Origin: a virus
IMG/VR virus record: IMGVR_UViG_3300045988_068596
Strand: one strand, 5' to 3'
Length of the DNA stretch: 64,000 nt
Shown here in pieces: positions 27,394 to 38,116 of the stretch (its first letter is position 1; every line of letters starts with the position of its first letter). The translations under genes and the position numbers were made by a program. A model generated the notes under the pieces. That model saw nothing but the letters and a program-made list of their open reading frames with translations, searched no databases and was not told where the DNA came from.

Positions 27394-29805
27394 ATGGCTT
27401 TAAGCGGTAGTACATACACAGCTTTTGCACGGCATAGGCTTGTGTTAGAATGGAGAGCCTCCCAGAATGTTGCGGGCAACTACTCTGATGTAAGTATTTG
27501 GTTATACTTGCAGTCTATGGATTCCTATGGTGCTTTATATGCTCCTGCTGTTGGACAAGCACAGGTAACAGCTAATGGGGTTAAGCAAACCGAAAATGCA
27601 ACATCACAATTGAATGCTTATCAGAAAAAACTATTGCTAGCCAAAGTTTGGCGTGTAAACCATAACGCAGATGGTAGCAAGTCTTTTTCTATATCTGCTA
27701 GTTATTTCGTAAACGTAACCTATTCAGGTGTTTACTACGGAACAATCTCGATACCGTCATTCTCGGTTTCATTAAATAAGATTCCACGTAAAAGTTCGTT
27801 AAACCCTGTGCCAGATTTAAATATTCCTAATAAACTAGGGGTAAGTATTACCCGACAAAGTTCTAGTTTTACACATAATTTAACTGTTTGGGTAGCCAAT
27901 AGAACAAACCCTACATTAGATAATGACTCCCATTGGGTGTATTTAAACAGTATTGAGAACGTAGGTACAAGTGGTACATTCACATTTAGTGTAGCAAACT
28001 TCACAGAAATGTTCAAGAGGATGGGTACAAGTACCGAATGGGTAGGTAAGGTGAAGCTCTGGACGAATGGGTTAAGCGAGTCAGTGCCGAGCCAACAACG
28101 AACCTTCCGAATAAAACCTCCAATGAACGCACAGGCTTCTGGGGGTAAGTTAAAAATAAAAGCAGGAGAAAAGATTACTGTTAGTCTAAGTAACTTCCAA
28201 TCTGACGGTAACTTTAAATATACAGGTGTTTTTAACTATCGAGGGGTATCTATACCAGTAGCAACAAATGTACATGCAAACTCTATGACACTTACATTAA
28301 CCCAAGCAAACGTGGATTCTATCTTGAAAGAGTCTCCAGATGATGCAGGAACATGGGGGCAAGTACGAGTAACAAGTTACTACAATGGTGTACAATATCG
28401 AACTCCTTGGACTGGACAGCATATTGATTGTACCATTCCTAAAGAAGATTATCTACCTGTAATCAACGGAACACCGACTTATACTGACTTAAGTGCCGAA
28501 GCTACTAACGTTACCGGAAGTAACCAAGTAGCATTACAAAGTAAGTCTAATATCCGTGTGACTATTCCGGCTAACTTTGCCACAGGTCAAGGATTCTCAA
28601 CAATTAAAACCGTGCAAGCTTCATTAGGTGGGGCTACAAAAACCGCTAGCTATAATGCTTCTGGTTTTAACATTGATATTGGTGCTCCAAATGAGGGTAC
28701 TGCTTCCTCATTAGTTGTTACTGTTTTAGACGGTCGAGGATTTAGTACATCTTGGACAAAAACAGTTCAAGTATACCCGTATACAAATCCGGATGTTGCT
28801 TACACGATTGCTCGTAGAAATAACTTTGAAGTAGACACGGAGTTAACAGTTTCAAGTAGTTGGGCACCTGTTACTATCGGTGGTGTAAACAAAAATGCAA
28901 TTACGTCAGTAACCTACGCAACTAAACGTTCAGGTACAAGTACATGGGGTTCGGAAACACCTGTTACTTTTAGTACTGATGGTAATAAAGTTACTGTTCC
29001 TACCACTGTTGTTCAGATACCTAACGAATATAGTTGGAATTTCCGTCTAACTATTAAGGATAAATTTGGTAGTTTTTCTAGGGAAGCAAATATTCCTGCT
29101 GGAAAACCTATCATGTTTATTGATGCTGTTCGTGAATCTGTAGGTTTTGGTAACTTAACAGGTACAGGAGAAAGTCGTAACCTTAATGGTGTAATTGAAA
29201 TTGAACCTGAAAGATACCACGATTCAGGTAAAACAGGTATTCAGATGAACAATAGTGATATATCTGGGTTAAACGGGATATTTTTCTCTAATGATGTAAT
29301 GGATAACCATGGAGAAGGGTTACATTTTATTAAGAGCGGTAAACCGATAAATTCTAATAACCTAGATGATTATGACTACATGTACATGCGTGATAGTAGT
29401 TTGTATATTAATCAAGATTCACGACCTCTATTTAAAGTTAATAGTAGTGGCTATCAAACTACGTCTAGTCTATACTATTATGAACAAAAAATTGCGAGCA
29501 CTGCAAATTTTGAATCCGCCTTTATAAACTACTCCCGGTGGGGGCAATTAATAGTGGCTAGCGTAGGATTTAGTCTACTAAAGGACGAAGGTTGGAAAGT
29601 TTTAGCTAAACCTCCGGCAGGATTTACGCCGTCTAATGGAGGAGCAACTACACTAAGTTCACAGTCTTACCGAGGCAATACTGTAGGCATATATGTAAAT
29701 AATTCTGGTTTTAATATAGTACCCTCCATTGGTTCAGGAAATGCTAAGGGAGACACTTACAGAGGTACACTAGTGTATTTAACAAATGATAACTACCCTA
29801 TTTAG
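27394..29805 (+). CDS. large baseplate/tail fibre structural protein (803 aa)
   Basis: RBS GAGGTGAG. Ser/Thr/Asn-rich beta-type composition. Position is between the spike-like giant protein and baseplate wedge genes. Confidence 0.5.
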   Translation: MALSGSTYTAFARHRLVLEWRASQNVAGNYSDVSIWLYLQSMDSYGALYAPAVGQAQVTANGVKQTENATSQLNAYQKKLLLAKVWRVNHNADGSKSFSISASYFVNVTYSGVYYGTISIPSFSVSLNKIPRKSSLNPVPDLNIPNKLGVSITRQSSSFTHNLTVWVANRTNPTLDNDSHWVYLNSIENVGTSGTFTFSVANFTEMFKRMGTSTEWVGKVKLWTNGLSESVPSQQRTFRIKPPMNAQASGGKLKIKAGEKITVSLSNFQSDGNFKYTGVFNYRGVSIPVATNVHANSMTLTLTQANVDSILKESPDDAGTWGQVRVTSYYNGVQYRTPWTGQHIDCTIPKEDYLPVINGTPTYTDLSAEATNVTGSNQVALQSKSNIRVTIPANFATGQGFSTIKTVQASLGGATKTASYNASGFNIDIGAPNEGTASSLVVTVLDGRGFSTSWTKTVQVYPYTNPDVAYTIARRNNFEVDTELTVSSSWAPVTIGGVNKNAITSVTYATKRSGTSTWGSETPVTFSTDGNKVTVPTTVVQIPNEYSWNFRLTIKDKFGSFSREANIPAGKPIMFIDAVRESVGFGNLTGTGESRNLNGVIEIEPERYHDSGKTGIQMNNSDISGLNGIFFSNDVMDNHGEGLHFIKSGKPINSNNLDDYDYMYMRDSSLYINQDSRPLFKVNSSGYQTTSSLYYYEQKIASTANFESAFINYSRWGQLIVASVGFSLLKDEGWKVLAKPPAGFTPSNGGATTLSSQSYRGNTVGIYVNNSGFNIVPSIGSGNAKGDTYRGTLVYLTNDNYPI

Positions 29806-29814
29806 GAGGAAAAA

Positions 29815-30105
29815 ATGTATACTGTATATAAAATTTTATCGGTGAAAAATGAAAAGGGCAATTGGTATGAAATATATGAAATACCGAATGGGATACCAGT
29901 ACCACCAGACTGTGTTGTTACACCTATTCCTGAAAGTTTAAAGAACCCAAAATATGATTTTGTTAAAGATGGATGGGTAGAAGACACAGAAGCATTAATT
30001 GAATCTTTGCAAAAGGAAAACAAAGAACTAAAGCAAAAAATAGAGTTTAACGAACTGGCTTTAATGGATGCGATTAACATGCTATCGAGCATGATTATGA
30101 ATTAA
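29815..30105 (+). CDS. hypothetical small protein with C-terminal coiled coil
   Basis: RBS GGAGGAA. Contains LQKENKELKQKIEFNELALMDAINML. Confidence 0.45.
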   Translation: MYTVYKILSVKNEKGNWYEIYEIPNGIPVPPDCVVTPIPESLKNPKYDFVKDGWVEDTEALIESLQKENKELKQKIEFNELALMDAINMLSSMIMN

Positions 30106-30123
30106 TTTTAGGGAGGTGATAAC

Positions 30124-30270
30124 ATGTATCCACACTTAGCAATGCTCTATGCAACGTATGTCATGAAAGACCCTAAAACATGGACGATGGACAAAGTTCC
30201 TGCTATGATTCGAGAAGATGTACAAAGAATTGTAGATGAAATGACAAAAAAAGAACAAGTACCCGAGTAG
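30124..30270 (+). CDS. hypothetical small protein (48 aa), not in ORF track
   Basis: Excellent RBS GGGAGGTG 6 nt upstream of ATG. Translation MYPHLAMLYATYVMKDPKTWTMDKVPAMIREDVQRIVDEMTKKEQVPE. Confidence 0.45.
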   Translation: MYPHLAMLYATYVMKDPKTWTMDKVPAMIREDVQRIVDEMTKKEQVPE

Positions 30271-30390
30271 TCTTTCTAACACTAGGGGTTTCCATTGGTT
30301 TAGTCGCAGGACTAGCTATTGGGTTCTTCCTATAATGCTCGGGGAGAGGAAGAGGGTGGCTTAGGCTGTCCTCTTTTTTCTTAGTTAATT

Positions 30391-30400
30391 GTACTATATT
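30391..30400 (+). promoter_or_regulatory. variant extended -10 motif TGTACTATATTA
   Basis: Resembles the TGCTATATTA family. Preceded by a weak hairpin/T-run at ~30345-30380. Confidence 0.35.
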
Positions 30401-30424
30401 AATGGACGAAAGGACGTGATAAGT

Positions 30425-31126
30425 GTGGGACAATCAGATGGAATGGGTGGAACATTAAAAAGAATTGCTATTCAAGTCGGAGACGACCCAAACACAGGTT
30501 GGTATAGATTTCAAGTTAACCCAACTCAATATAAATACAGCAAACCACACCGTGTAACAATCTTTAAAACAAAGTCTAACATTATCACTGAGGACTTTGG
30601 TAAAGATATTGAAACCATTCAATTCTCCGGTACAACTGGATTTAGAAAAGACTCTAGAGGAATGAACGGTGCTGATAGATTGAGAGAACTATCTAATTTG
30701 ATAGATGATTATGCAAATCAAGGTGGTAATGGTAACCGTCCGAAAGTAGAAATGAAGTTCTATAATTTTACTGATGACCAGTATTTTGTGGTTCATTTAG
30801 CCCCAGAAGGTCTCACTATAGAACGTTCTGCGGAACAGCCATTACTATTTACTTATACATTAAGTTTAGTTGTATTAAGAAAAGCAGGAGAGCCTGCTGA
30901 ACGTGACCAAGTAAACCCAGAAATTGGGAACAAAAATCCAAGTGTAGGAGACAAGGATAAAGAAACAAGAAATGGTACAATTCAAACTCCTGCGCAAATA
31001 CTACATGAACAGTATAAAAATTCTGTGTTGCCAAATATAGCAGTAAACCCTAGTGGTACATCAGGTGCCTATAACTATGGTTTAGTTGAACTAAAAAGAT
31101 TAATTGGTTACGGAGGTGGTCAGTAA
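30425..31126 (+). CDS. baseplate-associated structural protein
   Basis: Probable GTG start at 30425 with RBS AAAGGAC 10 nt upstream; an ATG at 30443 is also possible. The track TTG at 30389 lies inside the promoter motif. Size and position match the ~263-aa gene preceding the baseplate wedge in Herelleviridae. Confidence 0.5.
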   Translation: MGQSDGMGGTLKRIAIQVGDDPNTGWYRFQVNPTQYKYSKPHRVTIFKTKSNIITEDFGKDIETIQFSGTTGFRKDSRGMNGADRLRELSNLIDDYANQGGNGNRPKVEMKFYNFTDDQYFVVHLAPEGLTIERSAEQPLLFTYTLSLVVLRKAGEPAERDQVNPEIGNKNPSVGDKDKETRNGTIQTPAQILHEQYKNSVLPNIAVNPSGTSGAYNYGLVELKRLIGYGGGQ

Positions 31127-31662
31127 TGGCAACTGTATATCAATCTGCGGACTTGCTTAGATTCTTTCGTTACTTAAATGTAAACGTGCAAGGAGATGTC
31201 GTTAGTAATGTCATAGACGACCAACCTAACTTTATTTCAAGATTTTACACACCACACACAAGAGTGAATAAAATATCTAGCACCTTATTGGATATTGTGA
31301 AAGACAATAACATTAGTGAAACAAACAAAGAGTTATCCAAGGATTCACTAACCTATAAGTTCTTGAAGAGTGGACTACGATTAACAGCTCCTGACATTTA
31401 CCAGTTAGCTCAAATCGTAGTACTTGAATCTTTTGCTTTGATTTATGCAATTGAAGAAAAACCTGAAATGTTCAAAATGATTAATGAATCAGATGTGAAA
31501 CAAACACGGGAGAACGTAAAATATCTTGTGGACTACTTAGGAGAGAAAAAAGACTATACTGATATTGTAATGGATTTACACTCTATGGATATTGCCCTTG
31601 GTTATATTCAAGAACAGATTCCATTAATTCAAGGAGGGTTACCAGTAAATGGCACGATATAA
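31126..31662 (+). CDS. baseplate-associated protein (178 aa)
   Basis: RBS GGAGGTGG. Start overlaps the upstream stop. Confidence 0.5.
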   Translation: MATVYQSADLLRFFRYLNVNVQGDVVSNVIDDQPNFISRFYTPHTRVNKISSTLLDIVKDNNISETNKELSKDSLTYKFLKSGLRLTAPDIYQLAQIVVLESFALIYAIEEKPEMFKMINESDVKQTRENVKYLVDYLGEKKDYTDIVMDLHSMDIALGYIQEQIPLIQGGLPVNGTI

Positions 31663-32353
31663 AAAACATACAATCGTTTATGGAGAAACCATGCAATCTA
31701 TCGCTCAAATGGAAACAGGTTCAGTAAACGACTGGATAAAAATTGCTGAGTATAACTCCTTGGTTTATCCATACATAGTAGACACTATGCAAGAGAAAAT
31801 GGCTAACATTGAACATTTAGCAACACCGGGAGATACCTTAGTAATTCCTGTCGAAGCTAACCTACTAGATATGGATGTAAGTAATTTAAATCAAAGAGAT
31901 ATGGATTTTCTATTAAGCTTATCTCTAGGTCGTGATTTAGACATGACAAGTGAAACAGAATACTATGAAAATCATGGAACAAGTGATGAGGTGTTCTCAT
32001 TGACCCATAACGGGCACGGAGACCTTAAGACGGCTAGTGGAGCAGATAATATAAGGCAAGCAACTATCTCTCGTCTAATGACCGCTAAGGGGTCTTTAAT
32101 GCTACATCCAGAATATGGTAGTAATCTACACCTACTTTTTGGCAAAACAACTATTGAACAAATGAAATTGATTAGTTTAGAAGTATGTGAAACTGTATTA
32201 AAAGACACTCGGGTAGCTGAGTGTGTACTGGTTAGTCATTATATCGAAGAAGACCACTATGTAGGAAACTACCGAGCAACCATACAATCAACAAAAGACC
32301 AATTTGAGTTTGTGGTGCAAAATGATAGTGTGGGCGCAATTGTTATAGAATAG
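31649..32353 (+). CDS. baseplate wedge protein, gp25/GPW-like, with N-terminal LysM-like domain
   Basis: N-terminus HTIVYGETMQSIAQMETGSVNDWIKIAEYNSL fits LysM. C-terminal region ...IRQATISRLMTAKGSLMLHPEYGSNLHLLF...VCETVLKDTRVAEC fits GPW/gp25. Confidence 0.65.
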   Translation: MARYKKHTIVYGETMQSIAQMETGSVNDWIKIAEYNSLVYPYIVDTMQEKMANIEHLATPGDTLVIPVEANLLDMDVSNLNQRDMDFLLSLSLGRDLDMTSETEYYENHGTSDEVFSLTHNGHGDLKTASGADNIRQATISRLMTAKGSLMLHPEYGSNLHLLFGKTTIEQMKLISLEVCETVLKDTRVAECVLVSHYIEEDHYVGNYRATIQSTKDQFEFVVQNDSVGAIVIE

Positions 32354-32367
32354 AAAGGAGTATCCCT

Positions 32368-33420
32368 GTGAGACTAAAGAAGATTTCAGAAATTTTAGGT
32401 AGACTAATTGACGTAACCATGATTAATACTCATGAGTTAAACGACTTCTCTGTAGGGTCTACAATCCGTTCCATTTACGAAGCTGTATCAATGGAACTTG
32501 AACAATACTACATCTTAGGAAGAGAAAATATTTTATGGGGTATCGAACAGGGGGTACTCAATGCTTTTGATTTTAGAAAACGTGAAGCTAAACGGGCTTA
32601 TGGTATGGTTACTCTAGAATTTCATACCGTAACGCAAACCCCTGTTTATGTGCCGACAGGTACAACCTTTGACTCTAGCTTGTCTGGTGCACCTAGTAAC
32701 TTGACATTTCAAACCATGCAAGACTATATAATTCCTGCCGGAGTTGTTACTGCTAAAGTAGAGGTTTACTGTACAACAGTTGGTTCCCAAGGTAACATTG
32801 CCAAAGGAAGAGTAAATCGGGTTATTAACAACATCTCTAACCTGAAAAAAGTGTATAATGAATATGACATACTTACTGGTACTGATGAGGAAAGTATCGA
32901 ATCGGTTAAAAAACGGTTCCATGCTTTTGTTGAGTCACGTGGTAGAGCTACAATCAAAGCACTAGATTATGGTACACGACAAGTCGAAGAAGTATCCGGT
33001 GTGTATATCAAAGAGGAAGTTGGTTATGTACGTATTTACGCTCATGACTTGAACGGAGACTTAAAAGACGAAACACTAGCTAAAATCAAAACAGCTATTG
33101 AAGACTATCGACCTGCGGGAATTAAATTAGATGTGTTCCCTGTAGTCAAACTTACAGTACCAATTGATGTAACAATCACAATTAGTAATAAAAACAGAAT
33201 TAACACTGCACTAGAAGAACGAATCGAATTAACTATTAGAAACTACTTAAACAGTCGTTCAGTATCAGAAACATTGGTAAAAGCTGATTTATTGCAAGCT
33301 ATTATGAATATTGATGATAACTTAATTTATGACTGTGAGATTAATAATCTTAGTGGTAATCTAGATATTAAAGACGAGGAGATTATTCGTGCAGGAGACG
33401 TAACAATAGAATTAATCTAG
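32368..33420 (+). CDS. baseplate J-like protein
   Basis: 350 aa, immediately follows the gp25-like gene (conserved W-J order). GTG start with RBS AAAGGAG. Confidence 0.6.
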   Translation: MRLKKISEILGRLIDVTMINTHELNDFSVGSTIRSIYEAVSMELEQYYILGRENILWGIEQGVLNAFDFRKREAKRAYGMVTLEFHTVTQTPVYVPTGTTFDSSLSGAPSNLTFQTMQDYIIPAGVVTAKVEVYCTTVGSQGNIAKGRVNRVINNISNLKKVYNEYDILTGTDEESIESVKKRFHAFVESRGRATIKALDYGTRQVEEVSGVYIKEEVGYVRIYAHDLNGDLKDETLAKIKTAIEDYRPAGIKLDVFPVVKLTVPIDVTITISNKNRINTALEERIELTIRNYLNSRSVSETLVKADLLQAIMNIDDNLIYDCEINNLSGNLDIKDEEIIRAGDVTIELI

Positions 33421-33431
33421 GAGGTAACATT

Positions 33432-36400
33432 GTGAGTAATTTTTTCAGAAATATACACCCACTCTTGCGAAGAAATAAACGTCCGGAGAAGTATGATGAC
33501 ACGAATTTCGCTGTGTTAAATGCGTTGAACTATGAATTAACACAGGCAGAGCAAGAAACCATTGCTAGTAAAATACAATCCTCCTTAGAGTCTGCTACAG
33601 ATACGTACCTAGACACTTGGGGAGATTGGTTCGGGGTGTACCGTAAGGATGGTTGGGACGATGAGTATTATCGTGCACGTATCATACGGGAACTACTTCT
33701 TAAGCGTGGTACAATTCCTGCTATCATTGATGCGCTAGTAGATTTTCTTAATGATAATGATGCAGTTATCCAAATCTACGAACCATGGAGAAACATCTTC
33801 TATACAAATAAATCTAAATTAAACGGTGATGACCACTTAATGGGTTATTACTACCGTTTTGCAATTATTGACATTTCAATTGACAGACCGTTTCCTCCTG
33901 AAATCGTAGAGATTATCAAGGCTTTCAAACCTGCGGGTGTTTTATTCTATCTAAGACTAGATACAAGCTTAGCTAAGAATAAAACAACTGTAGAAAGTCC
34001 TTATGTATACTTAGACGTAACAAATAAAACAGAATTAGAGTTCCTTAACGGTTTGTATTATGACCTACGAGGTAACATTAACTTGTCTGACCAACGAACA
34101 CAAGTTGTGGGGAATAACATCTTCCACACAAATAACTCTAAGCTAAACGGAGAAGACGTGCTTGCAGGAGCATTTAACCATGGACGAGGCTATATTCACT
34201 TAGCAAGTACCACATTGCTTGATTACACACCAAAACCTACTGATTCCATGAGTGACTTAAAAACAACTCTAGGAGAAGCAGGCTCTGATATGTACAATCA
34301 AACAAAAGAAAAAGACGGAAGAACAGCTTCTATTCAAGTACCTGCAACAAAAAATGTACACACCCTATACTCAAACAGCACCGACTTCGGTGAATACGAT
34401 TATTCGACAGCGCCAAACTTGTTAAAAACAGTTACAAGAAATCATTGGAGTAACTGGACTTCATCTGTGAGTACCCCAAAAGATTATGTAAAAGTTTTTG
34501 ATGACTATATTATTGTGGATGCCACAGACCCGTCTGCTGTAAATGTAGGAAGAAACGTTTATATACCTAATATTACACGATTGACTAAGGGTAAGCAATA
34601 TACACTAAGTGTTAGTATGATGGTTGATAATGAGTTTGATTTGAGTGAAACCAGTTATAATCAATCAGCCGTTCATTATACCATACAAAGTAATGGTACT
34701 CCTGAAAGACCTATGATTATTAGACCTAACAAAACAATGGTGAACCAATGGCAACGTGTTTCAGTTAAGTTTACAGTACCAACGTCTATCAACGATGGTG
34801 ACTATTGTTTCTTACATTTTTATGAAGGCTCTGGAGTAACAGGAAAATGGTATATTAGAAATGACATCATGATTCAAGAAGGAGACCAAACCAGTTCCCA
34901 AGCACCAGCTAACCAAATGCCAAAAATCACAACTGATGATTATATGTTTTCACACCAGAATGTTACCAAGACTGAGGAAGAAGGTAATATCACTAATTTC
35001 AATAATTTACCAACTAGTGAACCTACTCGCAATATATACGTTAGGAACACAGAGGGTACTAAAAAACTAATCCCTTTGCTATCAGATAAAAAACAATATA
35101 CCATGAGCGTTGAAATGTGGTCTGAAAAAGAGGTAACACCAAGCATAAGATACCGTGTTAATGATAGTAACAACACACCCAAGTTCCCTTTAGAAATAGC
35201 TAATAAAAAAATACCAGCTAAACAATGGACTGAGGTGTCTGTTACTAAAACACTTGACTTACCTAGTAACCCTAACATCTTGCCATACTTCAAAGCTAGC
35301 GATTTTAAACCGACATCTGGTGCGACTGTGGAAGACGTTGGTAAGGGCATTCAAGTAACATTTTCTAAAACAGATGGAGCTACTTTCTTAGAGTGTATAC
35401 CTAATTTACAAGGTTTAAAAGCCAATACTAAATATACAATGAGCGCTGATATAACAGTTAAAGAGGGTTACACTGGTAAATTAGATAACTTACGTATTTA
35501 TTACAGAAAGTTTCCCGGTGGTACTGGGATTATTAATATGTGGGCTACTAACGCTGTGGTAGGTCAAAAAACACAAATAAAAGTTACAGAAAATTCTAGT
35601 GCTAATACTGACCCAACTGTATATGATAGAATGTATTTAACAATCCATACAACCAGTACAGAACCATTTGTAGGCACCGTTTTAATTGAGAATTTAAAAC
35701 TAGAAGAGGGTGAAACAGTTACGCCTGACTACCCACAACACTGGCTACACATTGCTATTCCGAAAGCATATGAGGGTACTATCAAAATCAAGAATGACAG
35801 TATCAAAATTCAAGAGGGAGAAAAAACAACCAAACCATCTTGGAAACCTAACTTATTAGCTGAACCATACGAGGTTGGTGACATTCCAGTACAATCTAAT
35901 ATTGCACCAAATGTAGGTTTACCAGTTACTACTTCTGCCCAGTTAATAACACAACAAACACTTAAAGATTACGTTGTTAAAGGAGAAACTTACACGGTAA
36001 CATTAAAAGGTACGAAACCAGCTAATCAAGGTTTTAGAGTTTTTATAGCACAAGATAACGGTAATAGGTCTATGGCTGATATGACTCCTATAGAGGGCTT
36101 ACCAGACCAATGGGGAGCTACTTTCACATATAATATTGATAATACTAATACTGGAGCTAAACAGCTACGTATTTATCAACGTTATCCAGAATTAGGTTCA
36201 TGTAAAATAGATTGGGTTAAGATTGAAAAAGGTGACACCAGAACTCCTAACATTGATTCCTACGACTACGTAGGCTCTCTGATAGAAGATACAGAAACAC
36301 CTACATTAGACCCGACTAAGTATACATGGACAGTAAATGGGGATGTAACAAACAAAAAGGCATATATGGTATTTGACATTAAAACATTTATCGAAGAAAA

Positions 36401-38081
36401 TTATGCTACAGAATTTGAAAAACTTGTTGCTGACTTAGGTGAAGACCAAGCGTTGAACGCTGTATTTGAAAATTTCAACATCTCTACAGCACTTAAGGCT
36501 TTAGTAAGTCCAAGTTCACCAATTAATTTCTCGGTTGAACTATATGACTTTTCTACGAGTGCATGGCACAAGTTAAACACGGATAGCTTAGACTTACGTA
36601 TGCGTACATTCAACTTAGTAGCAAACCGTATCACAGACTATCTAAATGATTACAAGCTATTATTTGTTCGTTACGTGTTTGATAACGAAACAGATAAAGA
36701 TGTAACAGTTGAACTAGACATGCTAAATGTACTATTCAAGTATCGTTTAGGTGACGGATATAGTTTAGGGCTACAAAGTACTGTAGAATGTTTAAGTGAA
36801 ATTCCATTAAAGGGTATTACCCTTTCTAGCGATAGTGTTGAAGTTGCTACTGGTGAGACAGCAAAAGTTACTCCAACTTTAGTACCTGCTAGCGCAACTA
36901 ACACAACCTTAGAGTGGGAAATAACAGACACTAAGATTGCTACTGTAGATACTTCTGGCAATATTACAGGAGTAGCTATTGGGGAAACCACATTAACCGT
37001 GTACGGTGAAGACAGAACCATTAGTGCTACTTGCAGTGTGTCTGTAAAAGCTAGACACACCCTATACTCAAACAGCACCGACTTCGGTGAGTATGATTAT
37101 AGTGGAAATACTAATATAGCTGTAACTGATGCAGATACTTTTAAACTGGGAACTGGCGGGGAACTTACCTATAATAATGGGGAATACACCATTTTAATGG
37201 ATGGAACTGCTAGATTAAGTAGATACAACACTGATGGTAAAAATAGTGTGTATCTTGCCGATAAAACAACTTATACACTTTCTTGTGAAATGTATGTTGG
37301 TGCTGACTATACCGGAAATGCTGACCAGATATTTGCTAACTATGCTTATCTCGATGGGGGTTACACAGTACTGCAAACAACAAGACTTTCTGCTAATGCT
37401 CCTAGAGATACTTGGATAACAGTAAAAGGGACAGCCACTATGGATTATCAAGGAAGAGTTCCTAAAGTATTATACTTTAGTTGGCAAACAGTTGCGAGCG
37501 AGACTAACCCGACTGGTACACTTAAAATCAGAAATATAAAAATTGAGCGTGGGGTCACTAATACCTCATACCAACCTAACTTACTTAATGCACCTTACTA
37601 CTTAGGGAAAACTGCATTAAATGAAAATTTAATTGAATCAAAAAGCTACAGTAACTCTAATTATCTAATTGGGTCGTTTCCTATTAAGAAGTCAGTAAAG
37701 AATGGGGAAAAAGTAACCTTTACATTAAAAGGAACAAAACCTAATACGAAACAATTTGGTTTCTACATTCAAACAGCAAACGGAGCAAGTACCGAGTTTC
37801 AAGGTCATCTTGTTGCCGTTGAAGGTTTACCTAATACGTGGTCATGGACAGGTAATCTAAAAATTATGCAGACAACCACCGATACTGCAAAAGTAGTAAT
37901 CTATCAGTTACCTCCCACAGAACAGGTAGCTAATGGCTCTGCAACGATTGAATGGGCTAAGCTTGAAAAAGGAGATACAAGAACTCCTAACATTGATTCC
38001 TATACTTACCACGGTACAACTTTAACTACATCTGAAGAACCACCAAAAGACCCTAATGCGTATACATGGTCTAGTATCTAA
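33432..38081 (+). CDS. tail fibre / receptor-binding protein (1549 aa) with Big_2 Ig-like domain and duplicated CBM-like modules
   Basis: GTG start with RBS AGGAGG. Big_2-like segment at ~36790-37050 (SSDSVEVATGETAKVTPTLVPASATNTTLEWEITDTKIATVDTSGNITGVAIGETTLTVYGED). Internal duplications are near-identical in nucleotide sequence: 34360-34400 vs 37057-37100, and 36231-36276 vs 37969-38014. Confidence 0.7.
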   Translation: MSNFFRNIHPLLRRNKRPEKYDDTNFAVLNALNYELTQAEQETIASKIQSSLESATDTYLDTWGDWFGVYRKDGWDDEYYRARIIRELLLKRGTIPAIIDALVDFLNDNDAVIQIYEPWRNIFYTNKSKLNGDDHLMGYYYRFAIIDISIDRPFPPEIVEIIKAFKPAGVLFYLRLDTSLAKNKTTVESPYVYLDVTNKTELEFLNGLYYDLRGNINLSDQRTQVVGNNIFHTNNSKLNGEDVLAGAFNHGRGYIHLASTTLLDYTPKPTDSMSDLKTTLGEAGSDMYNQTKEKDGRTASIQVPATKNVHTLYSNSTDFGEYDYSTAPNLLKTVTRNHWSNWTSSVSTPKDYVKVFDDYIIVDATDPSAVNVGRNVYIPNITRLTKGKQYTLSVSMMVDNEFDLSETSYNQSAVHYTIQSNGTPERPMIIRPNKTMVNQWQRVSVKFTVPTSINDGDYCFLHFYEGSGVTGKWYIRNDIMIQEGDQTSSQAPANQMPKITTDDYMFSHQNVTKTEEEGNITNFNNLPTSEPTRNIYVRNTEGTKKLIPLLSDKKQYTMSVEMWSEKEVTPSIRYRVNDSNNTPKFPLEIANKKIPAKQWTEVSVTKTLDLPSNPNILPYFKASDFKPTSGATVEDVGKGIQVTFSKTDGATFLECIPNLQGLKANTKYTMSADITVKEGYTGKLDNLRIYYRKFPGGTGIINMWATNAVVGQKTQIKVTENSSANTDPTVYDRMYLTIHTTSTEPFVGTVLIENLKLEEGETVTPDYPQHWLHIAIPKAYEGTIKIKNDSIKIQEGEKTTKPSWKPNLLAEPYEVGDIPVQSNIAPNVGLPVTTSAQLITQQTLKDYVVKGETYTVTLKGTKPANQGFRVFIAQDNGNRSMADMTPIEGLPDQWGATFTYNIDNTNTGAKQLRIYQRYPELGSCKIDWVKIEKGDTRTPNIDSYDYVGSLIEDTETPTLDPTKYTWTVNGDVTNKKAYMVFDIKTFIEENYATEFEKLVADLGEDQALNAVFENFNISTALKALVSPSSPINFSVELYDFSTSAWHKLNTDSLDLRMRTFNLVANRITDYLNDYKLLFVRYVFDNETDKDVTVELDMLNVLFKYRLGDGYSLGLQSTVECLSEIPLKGITLSSDSVEVATGETAKVTPTLVPASATNTTLEWEITDTKIATVDTSGNITGVAIGETTLTVYGEDRTISATCSVSVKARHTLYSNSTDFGEYDYSGNTNIAVTDADTFKLGTGGELTYNNGEYTILMDGTARLSRYNTDGKNSVYLADKTTYTLSCEMYVGADYTGNADQIFANYAYLDGGYTVLQTTRLSANAPRDTWITVKGTATMDYQGRVPKVLYFSWQTVASETNPTGTLKIRNIKIERGVTNTSYQPNLLNAPYYLGKTALNENLIESKSYSNSNYLIGSFPIKKSVKNGEKVTFTLKGTKPNTKQFGFYIQTANGASTEFQGHLVAVEGLPNTWSWTGNLKIMQTTTDTAKVVIYQLPPTEQVANGSATIEWAKLEKGDTRTPNIDSYTYHGTTLTTSEEPPKDPNAYTWSSI

Positions 38082-38101
38082 ATAGGGATAGCAGAATAAT
38101 A

Positions 38102-38111
38102 TGCTATAATA
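38102..38111 (+). promoter_or_regulatory. extended -10 motif TGCTATAATA
   Basis: Motif copy immediately upstream of a terminator hairpin. Confidence 0.4.
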
Positions 38112-38116
38112 TAAAT

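Noticed and set aside
30275-30360. Possible tRNA in the intergenic gap (GGTTCttcc resembles a T-arm)
   Set aside because: No cloverleaf can be drawn. The T-loop lacks the GTTCRANYC consensus and there is no acceptor stem complementarity.
30389-30424. TTG 30389 start and ATG 30402 near the variant promoter
   Set aside because: TTG 30389 lies inside the promoter-like motif. ATG 30402 is out of frame with the long ORF. GTG 30425 or ATG 30443 fit better.
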